Below are positions 17,920 to 27,180 of a stretch of 56,514 nucleotides of DNA, piece by piece (position 1 is the first letter of the stretch; each line of letters opens with the position of its first letter). The notes under the pieces are model-generated. The model saw only the letters and a program-made list of their open reading frames with translations, was not told the DNA's origin and did no database searches. The DNA is from an uncultured Verrucomicrobiota bacterium (lineage in GTDB: Bacteria; Verrucomicrobiota; Verrucomicrobiia; Limisphaerales; J093). The stretch lies in assembly GCA_964472515.1 (NCBI GenBank), contig CAYYMW010000003.1, forward strand, positions 1-56,514, in the 5' to 3' direction. A program made the translations under genes and the position numbers.

Positions 17920-19686
17920 CTACCACTCGATTTGGACGGCTCCGGATCGCTCGTGGCGCACCCGGACCACGCAATCGCCGTTGGGCAAGGGCGTGATCGC
18001 ATACCCGGGGCGCCCGGGGATGGCTTGGGCAACCCGCTTGAGCTTGCTTGACCCCGCGCGGACCGCCGCTGGCTCCCGACAGAGGCGGAGAACTTCGCTG
18101 CCCGCGCGGTCAAACGTGGTGTAGGCCACGCTGCGGTCGGCGTATTGGACCGAGCGTACCACCGAAGACGATCCCAGCAGGTGGTTCTCCTGGGGCGGAG
18201 CCCATTCCGGGACGGAGGCCATGCCGCGCTGGAAATGCCGCATGTAGTCGCCGTAACCGTCCGAGAACCAGTACCCGGTGCCTTCATCGATGCTCGTCTT
18301 GACGAGGCCGTTCGTCCGCGAGGAATAGGTGGACCAGTTGAACGAGCGAAACGCGCGCTCGCGCGAGTCGGGGTCTCCCGTCAACTCATGCCAAAGCGCG
18401 CGCACGGAGGCGTACCGCGCGGTGTGACTGGACATCTTGTCCATGTCGTTGATCTGCTCGGAAATCACCTCCGCGCCCAATTGGACGCCCTTCTCCGGCA
18501 GGCCGGCCATGGTGTGGGAATCAGCCGCAAAGAAAGCGGTGACCCAGTCGAGAATGCGCTTCGCGTGGATTCTGGCCTGGGGATCGCTCTCCGGATGCAG
18601 CAGCAGGTAACGCGCAGTTTCCAGGGGCGAGTACTGGTTGCGGTTGGTGCGGTAGTCCGGGTAGATCAGGACGTCCTCGAAATACTGCGTCCACACCTGG
18701 TTCTGCACCGGGTAGGTCATGAGCCACTTCCACGCCAAATCTCGCGCGCGGCGATAATCACTCACGTTGCCCAGCCTGAGGCGCAGCAACTCGTCGAACA
18801 GCCGGATCGGCCCCAGGGTATTGGCGCAATACTCCTCGCGAATGCGCTTTCCAGTCAGGGCGTCCACCCGGAAGGGCCACGGGGAGTGGCTTTCGTCTCC
18901 CGGTCGGACGTGCCGGGCCAGGGCATCGGCGCAGCGCAGCGCAGCGGCGAGGTACTTGTTCTCCAGCGTGACCTCGTAGAATTGCAGAAACGCAAAGCCC
19001 GCCTCCCCCACTTTGTCGGGTTCCAGGAAGCCGATGCCGTCGCCGCGCCCGCAGGGGGTATGGTTCTCCTGATCGCAGTAGATGGTGTCGTTCGCGCCCC
19101 GGTACTCGGGATTGCCAGCATCGGCGCAGGAATAGGGCACGAGCGCCCAGGCGTCGGTGGCCGTCGTACTGCCATGGGCCAGCAGGTGATCGAGCATCTC
19201 GCGCACGCGGCCCAAGATCTCCTCATCTCCGCTGTAGGCGTAATAGAGCAAGGCGGAATCCGTGAGCATGGCGAAGAGGCCCGCCGGGTGGTGCACCCAG
19301 GGCCGGCCCGAATAAACCAGGTGGTTCGGGTCGTTGGGACCGTAGAAGGTGGGATGGGTGAAGTAAGTGCGGTAACCATCAGGCTGAACCGGGATCGCCT
19401 TGAAGGCCCGCCACGCGTTGCTCACGATCACCCCGTACGGGGATTCCGCTGGCAGCCAGGAGATCAGCTTGCCCCGGGCGTCCACGCGCACTTCGTGCCA
19501 CATCAGGCGTTCCCCGCGCGTGGCGACTGTGTCCCCAGCAGCAGCCTGCACCCAACCCGGCCACAGCCCCGCTGCCAGGCCGGCCAGGCACAGCCAATAG
19601 CGCCAGCAGCGTTGCGCTCGTCCCAGGAGGGTTGGGCCGAAGGCCGACCTCGTGCCAAGGTGTCCACTGGGCGATGCTGTGTTCAT
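17920..19686 (-). CDS. Secreted hypothetical protein, probable (alpha/alpha)6-barrel glycosidase/lyase-like with a C-terminal beta domain
   Basis: Long ORF with signal peptide (WLCLAGLAAGLWPGWVQA|A); helical repeats such as KYLAAALRCADALA and YRRARDLAWKWL; rich in W/Y/D/E. Confidence 0.55.
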   Translation of the reverse strand: MNTASPSGHLGTRSAFGPTLLGRAQRCWRYWLCLAGLAAGLWPGWVQAAAGDTVATRGERLMWHEVRVDARGKLISWLPAESPYGVIVSNAWRAFKAIPVQPDGYRTYFTHPTFYGPNDPNHLVYSGRPWVHHPAGLFAMLTDSALLYYAYSGDEEILGRVREMLDHLLAHGSTTATDAWALVPYSCADAGNPEYRGANDTIYCDQENHTPCGRGDGIGFLEPDKVGEAGFAFLQFYEVTLENKYLAAALRCADALARHVRPGDESHSPWPFRVDALTGKRIREEYCANTLGPIRLFDELLRLRLGNVSDYRRARDLAWKWLMTYPVQNQVWTQYFEDVLIYPDYRTNRNQYSPLETARYLLLHPESDPQARIHAKRILDWVTAFFAADSHTMAGLPEKGVQLGAEVISEQINDMDKMSSHTARYASVRALWHELTGDPDSRERAFRSFNWSTYSSRTNGLVKTSIDEGTGYWFSDGYGDYMRHFQRGMASVPEWAPPQENHLLGSSSVVRSVQYADRSVAYTTFDRAGSEVLRLCREPAAVRAGSSKLKRVAQAIPGRPGYAITPLPNGDCVVRVRHERSGAVQIEW

Positions 19687-19815
19687 GGACACCATGCTAT
19701 CGGGAAGGTGCCCGAAGTCCACGCGGAAAGCGCCTGGGTCCACGGGCGGTGTGCGCAGTCTTGGGCGCGCCTTGCAGCGCACCGCACTTGCTTTCCCGCC
19801 CTACCCGTGAGGCAC

Positions 19816-22338
19816 CTACTTCTTGGGGGTGTAGCGGAGCAGCAGGCTGGAGTGCTTGACGGGCATCCGCAACTCGAAGTCCTTCGACAAGACCTCCCCG
19901 GTCACCACCGACTTGTGGACCGCACGGGACTCGTCGATCTGCTCGACCGTGTAGCGCGTACCCGCCGATAGCCCACGCAGGCCGGTTTGGATGACCGGGT
20001 AGGGGCAATCGTTGCGACGAAAGGCCAGGACGATGCCCGAGCCAAGGTCAGGACGATGGAGTTGCCAGGCCACCAAGCCATCCGGAGCCGTTCCCGCGCG
20101 AGTCAACGGGTAGAAGTCGCCGTACCAGTACTTCTGGCAGGCCTTGACCTCCGCGAGGGCTTCACGCGCTTTGGGAATGGAGAAGCTTGGATTGAGGAAA
20201 TCGAACTGGCAAATGGCCCCGCCGGAGGCCGCGCTGCGCAGCACGTAGGGGTCGGGCTCCCAGGAGCAGGAGGTGAACAGCGGCAGATACGGCCCCACGC
20301 CCACCACCTGCGATTGGTCCCAGGCCGCGTGGCCGGGGGCGCAACCGGTATCGCTGCGCCACAGGGGCACCGAACGTTGGATGGTCTCCAAATCGATGCG
20401 GCGGCCGCCGCTGGCGCAGTTGTCGATCCACAGACCCGGATGCCGCGCGCGAAGTTCGTCCCACATGGCGTAATGGCCTTCGACGTACCGGATCTCACTG
20501 ATCCCCTGGCGGTCGGGAGCGTCCGCGCTGCGCCAGAACGGCAGGGGATCGAGGTTGAAATCGTTGCGGTAAACGTCCAAGCCGAACTCGGTGATGCGTT
20601 GTGAGAGGAGGTCTGTGAGCCAGCGCCGGGCGGCGGGATCGCCCAGGTTGAAGAGGCCGCCCTTGGCGCCCCCGAGGACGAACTCGGGATGCTCTCTGGC
20701 GATCTGCGTCCCTTCCGCGACCCGCTCGGGTTCGAACCAGAGGAGGAACTTCAGCCCGTCCCGATGGCAGGCATCGCCCACCGGCTTCAGCCCATTGGGG
20801 AAGGCCTTGGGCCGGCAGAACCAGTTGCCGACGCCGTTCGGGAAGCCTCCCTCGAACCAGGCGGCGTCGAACCAATGAGTGTCGCAGCCAAGTTCGCGCG
20901 TCACCTTCGCCGCGTGGATTTGACCCGCCTCCGTGCTCCACTCCGGGCGGGAGCCGACATAGCGGTCAAAGCACTGTGAAGCGACCGGCAGCCGCAAAGG
21001 CCGCCCGTTGAGCCTGGGGACATACTCGAAGAGCAGCAAACGGCGAAAGCGCGCCTGGGCTGCCATGCGGTCGTGCTGCCACGGCATGACCAGGACGCGC
21101 GGCGTCCGGATGCGCTCCCCCGGGAGCAGCTTCAGGTGGGTGAGTTCCATGCCCGTCTGAAGACGGGTAGGACCGGCGGCGGAACGCTCCATCCGTGCCG
21201 CCCACTGTCCGGACCAACCAATGGCGGTGAAGAGCCCTTCCTCTCCGTATTGGAGTTGGAAGAACGGGAAGGTGCCGTTGGAGGGACGCCCGCCGACCGG
21301 GGCCAGGGCCACGGGTTTGCCGACTTCGAGCTGGGTTTCCAACGGGAGGAACGATTGCTCGGCGCAAATATCGCCTGTCAGGTGATGCAGCGTGACGGGC
21401 TTGCGGTAGTAGCCCGTGCGCAGGCTGGCATCAAGCACCTGGACGTTCTCGAGCAAAGGGCTGTCCTGCGTGCTCGTGTTCTCGAAATAGAGCAACCACT
21501 CCACGGCGGGATAGCGATTGAAGGCGGTTGCGCTGGCCGTCACGCGCAGGCCGGTCTGCGGATCGGTCCAGGTGACGTTCTGCACCCGCCTGCTCTGGGT
21601 GTCCTTGACCTCCACGGTTCGGGGCCACTGCGCCAGGAGTTGGGCGCCAGGTTGACCGCGGTAGACAAACGAAAACGGCAGCGCGCGTCCCAGGATCGGC
21701 TGGCGATCTTCATCGGCCCAGACTTCCCTGCCATCGGCGAGGACGACGCGCGCATCCGCCCAATCAGCCTGGTCGTGGCCGGGGCCGTCGGGAGTCGAGT
21801 CTACCTTGAGAGTCAGTTCCCGCGTGTCGTCGGGCAGGGCCACCTCGATTGCCACCGGCTCGTTGGTGCCGCGCAGCGTTGGGGAATGGAACAACTCCTT
21901 CCCACCTGCTTCGACGCTGAACTGGACGCTCCCTCTGACCCCGCCCGAGTCGAAGTTGTTGTCGATCCCAATGGAGGCCCGGAAGGCCCGCGCTCCCGCA
22001 GGCAAATGCAGGAGGATCTCACTATTTGCGTGGGTGCCCAAGCCGTGGCCGAACGGCTTCTGGCCGATGCGGAGAGGGGTCTCCATGCAGGATTGGCCGA
22101 AACGCAAGGAGCTGTGGTCCTGGCGGCGCAACTCGACGCGCACGGCGGGCCCGCGGCCGGCCGGAGGTTCGCCCGTGAAAGCCAGGCTCATCCAATCCAC
22201 CATCTCCTGCACCTGGGCGGGACTGGCCATGACCGCATCCTGCGGGGCGTCCATTGGGATTTCCTTGTCCTCGAACGCGCTGGTGGTCAACGGCAGAGCC
22301 ACCAAGCCAGCGGCGAGGGCTGCGAGAGTCTTGAACAT
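19816..22338 (-). CDS. NPCBM/NEW2 domain + GH36 alpha-galactosidase
   Basis: GLGTHANSEI...IGID...SVQFSV...DQADWADA (NPCBM); FDAAW, KFLLWFEPE, VYRNDFN, IDNCASGGRRID, WRSD (GH36 catalytic motifs). Confidence 0.9.
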   Translation of the reverse strand: MFKTLAALAAGLVALPLTTSAFEDKEIPMDAPQDAVMASPAQVQEMVDWMSLAFTGEPPAGRGPAVRVELRRQDHSSLRFGQSCMETPLRIGQKPFGHGLGTHANSEILLHLPAGARAFRASIGIDNNFDSGGVRGSVQFSVEAGGKELFHSPTLRGTNEPVAIEVALPDDTRELTLKVDSTPDGPGHDQADWADARVVLADGREVWADEDRQPILGRALPFSFVYRGQPGAQLLAQWPRTVEVKDTQSRRVQNVTWTDPQTGLRVTASATAFNRYPAVEWLLYFENTSTQDSPLLENVQVLDASLRTGYYRKPVTLHHLTGDICAEQSFLPLETQLEVGKPVALAPVGGRPSNGTFPFFQLQYGEEGLFTAIGWSGQWAARMERSAAGPTRLQTGMELTHLKLLPGERIRTPRVLVMPWQHDRMAAQARFRRLLLFEYVPRLNGRPLRLPVASQCFDRYVGSRPEWSTEAGQIHAAKVTRELGCDTHWFDAAWFEGGFPNGVGNWFCRPKAFPNGLKPVGDACHRDGLKFLLWFEPERVAEGTQIAREHPEFVLGGAKGGLFNLGDPAARRWLTDLLSQRITEFGLDVYRNDFNLDPLPFWRSADAPDRQGISEIRYVEGHYAMWDELRARHPGLWIDNCASGGRRIDLETIQRSVPLWRSDTGCAPGHAAWDQSQVVGVGPYLPLFTSCSWEPDPYVLRSAASGGAICQFDFLNPSFSIPKAREALAEVKACQKYWYGDFYPLTRAGTAPDGLVAWQLHRPDLGSGIVLAFRRNDCPYPVIQTGLRGLSAGTRYTVEQIDESRAVHKSVVTGEVLSKDFELRMPVKHSSLLLRYTPKK

Positions 22339-22546
22339 AGATCCGCAGGCTACGCCGGGGCCCAACCGCACGCCAGCAAACTCTGGCATGCGGGGCAAGA
22401 GCGCTGCTGGCGCCCACTTGACAGCGCCTGGGAGGCTTGGAGCATAGTCTCACGGGTAGTGCTTGTCGTTGCCGAACCGCCTTACCGATGGATAGGCTCG
22501 AGGTGTCGACTAGAGGGCAACTACAGCCGGGGCACATATCAACATT

Positions 22547-23182
22547 ATGAATGGCAAATGGCTTATTTTGATTCTGTTAACAACCCTTGTAGGCGTGCTG
22601 AGCGGATGCGGCACCATCCCCCCCGCCACCGTGACACCCCAGGCCATTCGAAATCCGAAGGTGGGTTACGACGGGTATGAACTTCGCATCCCCGACGGCT
22701 ATCGCGTGGCGGACATCAAGACCAACGCACCGGAGGTCGACCTCACGCTCAGCGCCAACGCGACCTGGCTTCAAGAACGGGCAAGGCAGCAACAGGGGGC
22801 CGGCGGACGTGTTCTCTTCTACGAGAGTTATCTCGTTTTCAACGGCAAGTTCACGGTGCTCTTCGCTGCCAAGGCCATGCAATTGCAGGGTCCTGCCATC
22901 AGCATGCTATCCGATTTCCAAGTGCGGCACACCCTTGAGCGGGAAATGGAATGGTGGCGCGAGTACACCAGCGGGCGGGAGGTGGTGACGGTGGGCGATC
23001 ACCTGGCGGGTTGGGTGACCATTGACCGTGTCCCCGACCTGCGCCCGAGCACGGCTTGCCGCGTCGTCCTTGTCCCAGGCAAGTACAACGAGGTCTTTTT
23101 CTTCGTTGCCTGCTCAGCCACTGAGGACAAGGACGGCCTTGACCCGTTCCTGCAGGACTTGGTGCGCGGCCTGAAGTTCTAG
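22547..23182 (+). CDS. Hypothetical lipoprotein
   Basis: Lipobox LSG|C after a basic and hydrophobic leader. Confidence 0.7.
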   Translation: MNGKWLILILLTTLVGVLSGCGTIPPATVTPQAIRNPKVGYDGYELRIPDGYRVADIKTNAPEVDLTLSANATWLQERARQQQGAGGRVLFYESYLVFNGKFTVLFAAKAMQLQGPAISMLSDFQVRHTLEREMEWWREYTSGREVVTVGDHLAGWVTIDRVPDLRPSTACRVVLVPGKYNEVFFFVACSATEDKDGLDPFLQDLVRGLKF

Positions 23183-23370
23183 GCCCCGGAACTGATTCAG
23201 CCCGGGTTCATCGCGTCAGGCCTTCCGACACCCCGGTGTACAGCGACGGAGGCTGGCTGTGCCCGGCCCAACGTCCCTCACGCATCCCCCACGGGGTCGA
23301 GAGCGCCACCACGAGCCCGTCGGTCTGCTTTTGACCTGCTTCCCCCGTTCCCGATGGCTATTCTCCCCCC

Positions 23371-23939
23371 ATGACGGCACGATGCGTGATTGTGGTGGGC
23401 GGAGGAGCGGCGGGATTCTTCGCCGCGATCGCCTGCGCCGAGGCGCGCCCGTATGTCGAGGTCACTGTGATCGAGAAAGGCGCCCAATTCCTTTCAAAAG
23501 TGAAGATCTCCGGCGGCGGCCGCTGCAACGTCACCCACGCCTGCTTTGAGGCTCGCGAACTCGCCGCCCACCACCCGCGCGGCAGCCGCGAATTGATCGG
23601 GCCCTTCCAGCGGTTCCAACCTCGGGACACCGTTGCGTGGTTCGCCCAGCGGGGCGTGAAGATGTATACCCAGCCTGACGGCTGCCTCTTTCCCGTCACT
23701 GACTCCTCCCAGACGATTGTCGATTGCCTCCTCCAGGCAGCCCGCCAAGTGGGCGTCCGGTTGCGCACCCAAAGCGGAGTCGAGCGCATCACCCGCTAGC
23801 CGGGGGAGGCTTCACGGTCGCCTCGACCGGCGGAGAAACCCTCACCTGCGAGCGCCTCCTCCTAGCCACCGGCGGCTTCAACTTCCAGGCCGCCTGGACC
23901 ACCGGGTGGTTCGCCGGCCGCGCCATGGCGGGGGATTAG
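23371..23939 (+). pseudogene. HI0933/YhiN/BaiN-family flavoprotein pseudogene (frameshift plus large internal deletion)
   Basis: GGGAAG, KVKISGGGRCNVT, GCLFP, then TAG at 23797-23799. The next frame continues LAGGGF...LLLATGG and joins directly to the family's C-terminal motif GGFNFQAAWTTG, so roughly half the protein is missing. Confidence 0.85.
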
Positions 23940-23941
23940 GC
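23892..23941 (+). repeat. Direct repeat, left copy (3' end of the HI0933 gene)
   Basis: gcctggaccaccgggtggttcgccggccgcgccatggcgggggattaggc; 48/50 identical to 26143-26192. Confidence 0.95.
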
Positions 23942-23945
23942 AAGA

Positions 23946-24599
23946 TCAGTAACTCCTCAGCAACTTCGGTCCCAGCAGTCGCTCCACCAACCGATATACC
24001 CGAGTGCCAGTCCGCTCCGGCCAATATCCCTTGGGATGATCGGCGTCCCCCTCCAGCGAACGGGCTCGACGAACGGCCTCCTTTACCTTATCGGCCGGGT
24101 AGTGCTCAGCTTTGAGGCGGGTCTTGTTGAACTCGCCCAAAACCCGGCGCAACCGCTTGTCGACTTCACTACCGCCTCCCAAGACATGCCCTGGAGCAAC
24201 GTCCTCGTGGTGCAAAAGGAGCCAGAGGTCGAAGCAGGGATTGCTCATCGCGATCTGAACGCCTCGCCGACGCGCCCGACTCAATGCGTCTGTCAGGCCC
24301 TTTCGGTGGTTAGGCTCGACCCAGTGGTCAGTATCCAATAGTATCCAGAACTCGTCATCCTCGTTGGAATCGTAATGTTTGCGAGCCTCTTCCAACCGCT
24401 GGACCACGTGTCCCGGTGACGAGCGGCCCTCGCCTGCTGGGGTTTCAAGAACGAAGACGTGAATCCGAGTTTGGCCAAGGAAGTCGAAATACTGTTTGGG
24501 TGCGCAAGTATCCTCTGTCGCCACAAAGAACAGTCGGTCGTCCCGGTAGGTCATCTCTGACCGGGCCAATGGCCTCGGCTTACGGTGAAGAAGTCCCAT
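23946..24599 (-). CDS. rloB: RloB family protein (AbiLii-like, TOPRIM-like)
   Basis: FFVATED...KQYF, WILLDTDH, SNPCFDLWLLLHH, terminal T-x-V-Y-x-L-V-E. Confidence 0.9.
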   Translation of the reverse strand: MGLLHRKPRPLARSEMTYRDDRLFFVATEDTCAPKQYFDFLGQTRIHVFVLETPAGEGRSSPGHVVQRLEEARKHYDSNEDDEFWILLDTDHWVEPNHRKGLTDALSRARRRGVQIAMSNPCFDLWLLLHHEDVAPGHVLGGGSEVDKRLRRVLGEFNKTRLKAEHYPADKVKEAVRRARSLEGDADHPKGYWPERTGTRVYRLVERLLGPKLLRSY

Positions 24600-24602
24600 G
24601 GC

Positions 24603-25976
24603 TCAGGCCGGGTGAACCTCCTGCATCAGCCGGTCCAGATTCCCGAGGAACGGAATGGCGCCAAAGCGTCCCTCCAAGTAGCCCTTTTGGATGCGCAAAT
24701 CCTGCCGGACCTTGAAATCGGAGAGAGAATAGATCTCGGTGGCACCCGCCGGCGATTTCTCGGCAAACCAGATCTCATCCCGCCGAAGAAGGTCCAAGTC
24801 GAGCAGGTTCGACTCGTGCGTCGTAAGGATCAATTGACTGCCTTGGGGGCATCGTGTCGCCAAGAAGCACTCCAGGAACTTCCTCGCGAGCAGCGGGTGC
24901 AGGCTCCGATCAATCTCATCGATGACGTACACTCTGGGCCGACGGTGGAGGGAATCCAATGCCGGCACCAGATGTGCAAGGCGAATAGTGCCGTCTGACT
25001 CTTGATCGAATGGCAGGACGACCTTCTCGCCGGTCGTTGCCCTATGTTCGGCCTGGATGCTCAACTGTGCCACGCGACCATCTGGCATCCTCATGAGGGT
25101 GACTTCCGGCCCTTGCCGCAGCAGCGGGGAATACAGACTGTCGTGATCGACACCAGTGCCTGCTGCGGCCAATTCTTCGGGCGAGAGCCTGAGCGAACCT
25201 AAGTTAAGCTCTCGGGCCTCGGTTCGGACACCGTCGATCCCAGTACCCGCCTCAAACAAGAACCGCCCGAGAAAGCCCGCGAACTCCTCGTCATGGATCA
25301 ATGTTGGAGCCAGCCTTATGTATTGGGAATCGGGCGGTACTACCGCCACCCCCTCGTTGAACCACTCCAAGACCGGTCGGATGAGGGGACCTTGACCAGT
25401 CCCCTCCACGTTCTTCCAGATCGCGGTCAGGAACAACTGATTGCGACGAACCCCAATGGAAGCCAGAGCTTCGATCTTGCGATGATCGCCTCGCTTCGGA
25501 TCGGACAGGTCTTTTCCCAATTCGACTTTGACCTCGCCCTCCGTGGTCAACCGCTCGAACAGCAAACGTTCCCTCTCACCATCGAGCAGCGATAGCCACT
25601 CAGTCGCAACTTCCTTCTCTGTCACCCCAAAACCGTAAACGTACGCTCCCTCCGCAGCGCTAAACCGGTACTCCAACTTGGTGGGGTTCGCCGCCATCTG
25701 GGAATCCATCGCGAACCGCTGCCGCGGGATCGGCGCATCCGGGTTGGTGCCTTCGAGAATCAAGCGCTGCCCAAACTCGAAGGCCTTCACCCAGTTCGAC
25801 TTGCCGGAGCCGTTTGCACCGTAAAACACGGCTACAGGCAGCAGGTCGTGATCTGTCCCGGCCAAGGGCGTTACGTGGGCGGGGTGGTGGCTGCCCAATC
25901 GCTTGCTGGCGACCATTGAAAGCGTCTGCTCTTCGGCAAACGATCTGAAGTTCGCAACGCTGAAGGAAATCAACAT
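24603..25976 (-). CDS. AAA_21/ABC-type ATPase (RloA/AbiLi-like)
   Basis: MLISFSVANFRSF, Walker A YGANGSGKS, signature QESDGT, Walker B YVIDEIDRSLHP, H-loop TTH, terminal YLEGRFGAIP. Confidence 0.92.
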   Translation of the reverse strand: MLISFSVANFRSFAEEQTLSMVASKRLGSHHPAHVTPLAGTDHDLLPVAVFYGANGSGKSNWVKAFEFGQRLILEGTNPDAPIPRQRFAMDSQMAANPTKLEYRFSAAEGAYVYGFGVTEKEVATEWLSLLDGERERLLFERLTTEGEVKVELGKDLSDPKRGDHRKIEALASIGVRRNQLFLTAIWKNVEGTGQGPLIRPVLEWFNEGVAVVPPDSQYIRLAPTLIHDEEFAGFLGRFLFEAGTGIDGVRTEARELNLGSLRLSPEELAAAGTGVDHDSLYSPLLRQGPEVTLMRMPDGRVAQLSIQAEHRATTGEKVVLPFDQESDGTIRLAHLVPALDSLHRRPRVYVIDEIDRSLHPLLARKFLECFLATRCPQGSQLILTTHESNLLDLDLLRRDEIWFAEKSPAGATEIYSLSDFKVRQDLRIQKGYLEGRFGAIPFLGNLDRLMQEVHPA

Positions 25977-26142
25977 GGTGCGTGTTTTTCGCAAATGCCC
26001 ACCCAGAAGCGCAGTAATCGACGCCATTAGTGGGCGATGCTTGCGAATTTATCACAACAATCTACGGAGATCAACATGAGGGATGTTTGATCGAGGCTTC
26101 ACGGCCTCAGGCCCGGCCTGCCTTAAGGGCTGATCGTGTAAT

Positions 26143-26192
26143 GCCTGGACCACCGGGTGGCTCGCCGACCGCGCCATGGCGGGGGATTAGGC
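26143..26192 (+). repeat. Direct repeat, right copy (displaced duplicate of the HI0933 3' end)
   Basis: gcctggaccaccgggtggctcgccgaccgcgccatggcgggggattaggc; two mismatches versus the left copy. Confidence 0.95.
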
Positions 26193-26204
26193 CCAGTATC
26201 CGCC

Positions 26205-26690
26205 TCACGGGTCGAAGAACACATCCACCGACACGTACGCCTTCCCCTTTTCCGGGAACTCTTTGGTGTAACCCGCCTGGCCAAGACTGACGGCATCCAC
26301 GGCCACGTCGGTTACCATCTCCAACACCCCCGAAGCGGCCCTGGAATAGCGGCCGGCGGCCTCGAAGCGCAAGCTCCCGAGGCTCCGTGGCGGCAGCACC
26401 AGCGAGCGCTGGTTGTCGGCCTTGTTGGCGGAGAAGCGCACGGTCGAGCCATCCATCCGCACGTCGCAAATCGCTGCCACCAGGTCCGTGCGGCCGTCCA
26501 CCAAACCGATGCGCTTCTTCTGGGTTACGGCGACGTTGCTGACGGTAACCGTCCTGGTCTGTCCGGTGATGTCCTTGACCTGGATCTCTCCCTGGCGTTC
26601 GATGGAAACGCTGATCTCCCCCACCTTGACACTCCGCTTCTCCAACGCAAGACGCTGAAACGCGGCATCCTGCGGAAACCGTTCCGTCAT
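26205..26690 (-). CDS. Hypothetical beta-rich protein, possibly the 3' fragment of a broken gene
   Basis: Protein-like composition and GC-skewed codons; no signal peptide; upstream frames interrupted by stops. Confidence 0.45.
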   Translation of the reverse strand: MTERFPQDAAFQRLALEKRSVKVGEISVSIERQGEIQVKDITGQTRTVTVSNVAVTQKKRIGLVDGRTDLVAAICDVRMDGSTVRFSANKADNQRSLVLPPRSLGSLRFEAAGRYSRAASGVLEMVTDVAVDAVSLGQAGYTKEFPEKGKAYVSVDVFFDP

Positions 26691-26740
26691 CAACCAAGCG
26701 TAATGAGCGGGATCTCAAGCCTTCTCCTCACGCAATCCGA

Positions 26741-27004
26741 TCAATTGGGAAACCAGTTTGTCCGCAGCCGTCGAGGCTTGGGGGCTTCCTCCTGCAACGG
26801 CACCCGGTATGCGTGTAGCGCGTCCTCGACTCGCCCCTGTCCCAGCGCGCTGGCCACTTCTCGCTCTGCTTCCTGCAAGCGCTGCCGTTGCGCTTCACGC
26901 TCCCTTGGCGCGGGCTCCTCCTCGGCACGCCGCTGATGCAGACGTTCTCGTTCTATCTCGACGCACTGCTTTTCCTCGCGGCGAGCTAGGTCGTGTTCGG
27001 GCAC
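26741..27004 (-). pseudogene. E/R-rich coiled-coil fragment, possible upstream piece of a degraded gene
   Basis: EREAQRQRLQEAEREVASAL helix, then loss of protein-like character near 26800. Confidence 0.25.
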
Positions 27005-27100
27005 TTGCGCTGGATCAGGCGTTGCGGGCCTGGCTGCCCGGCTGGGGTTGGACAGGGCGGGTCTGGTGAAATCGAGTCTGCGCGAAGCTGCAAATTACCC

Positions 27101-27128
27101 TTGCGTGGCGTGACGAGGACGTTACATT
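27101..27128 (+). promoter_or_regulatory. Candidate sigma70 promoter of the prs operon
   Basis: TTGCGT-N16-TACATT about 75 nt upstream of the prs GTG. Confidence 0.4.
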
Positions 27129-27150
27129 CCCCTCCTGCTGGTTGACGTCG

Positions 27151-27180
27151 AATCCACCGTGCGCGGTGGATTTTTGTTTT
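27151..27180 (+). terminator. Terminator-like hairpin + U tract in the prs leader
   Basis: aatccaccg-tgcg-cggtggatt followed by tttgtttt. Confidence 0.5.

Larger units (their letters stand above)
23942..26192. mobile_element. Small DR-bounded insertion (2251 bp) carrying an AbiL-like defence pair; no recombinase
   Basis: Bounded by the 50-bp direct repeat; contains only RloB and AAA ATPase genes. Confidence 0.65.

Noticed and set aside
18145-19971. 608-aa plus-strand ORF
   Set aside because: Shadow of 17920-19686; no protein-like motifs.
22418-22448. TTGACA promoter for the lipoprotein gene
   Set aside because: The best -10 (CATAGT) is 19 bp away; too weak to call.
23942-26142. Integrase or transposase inside or near the DR-bounded cassette
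   Set aside because: No ORF with tyrosine/serine recombinase or DDE motifs seen anywhere in the window.
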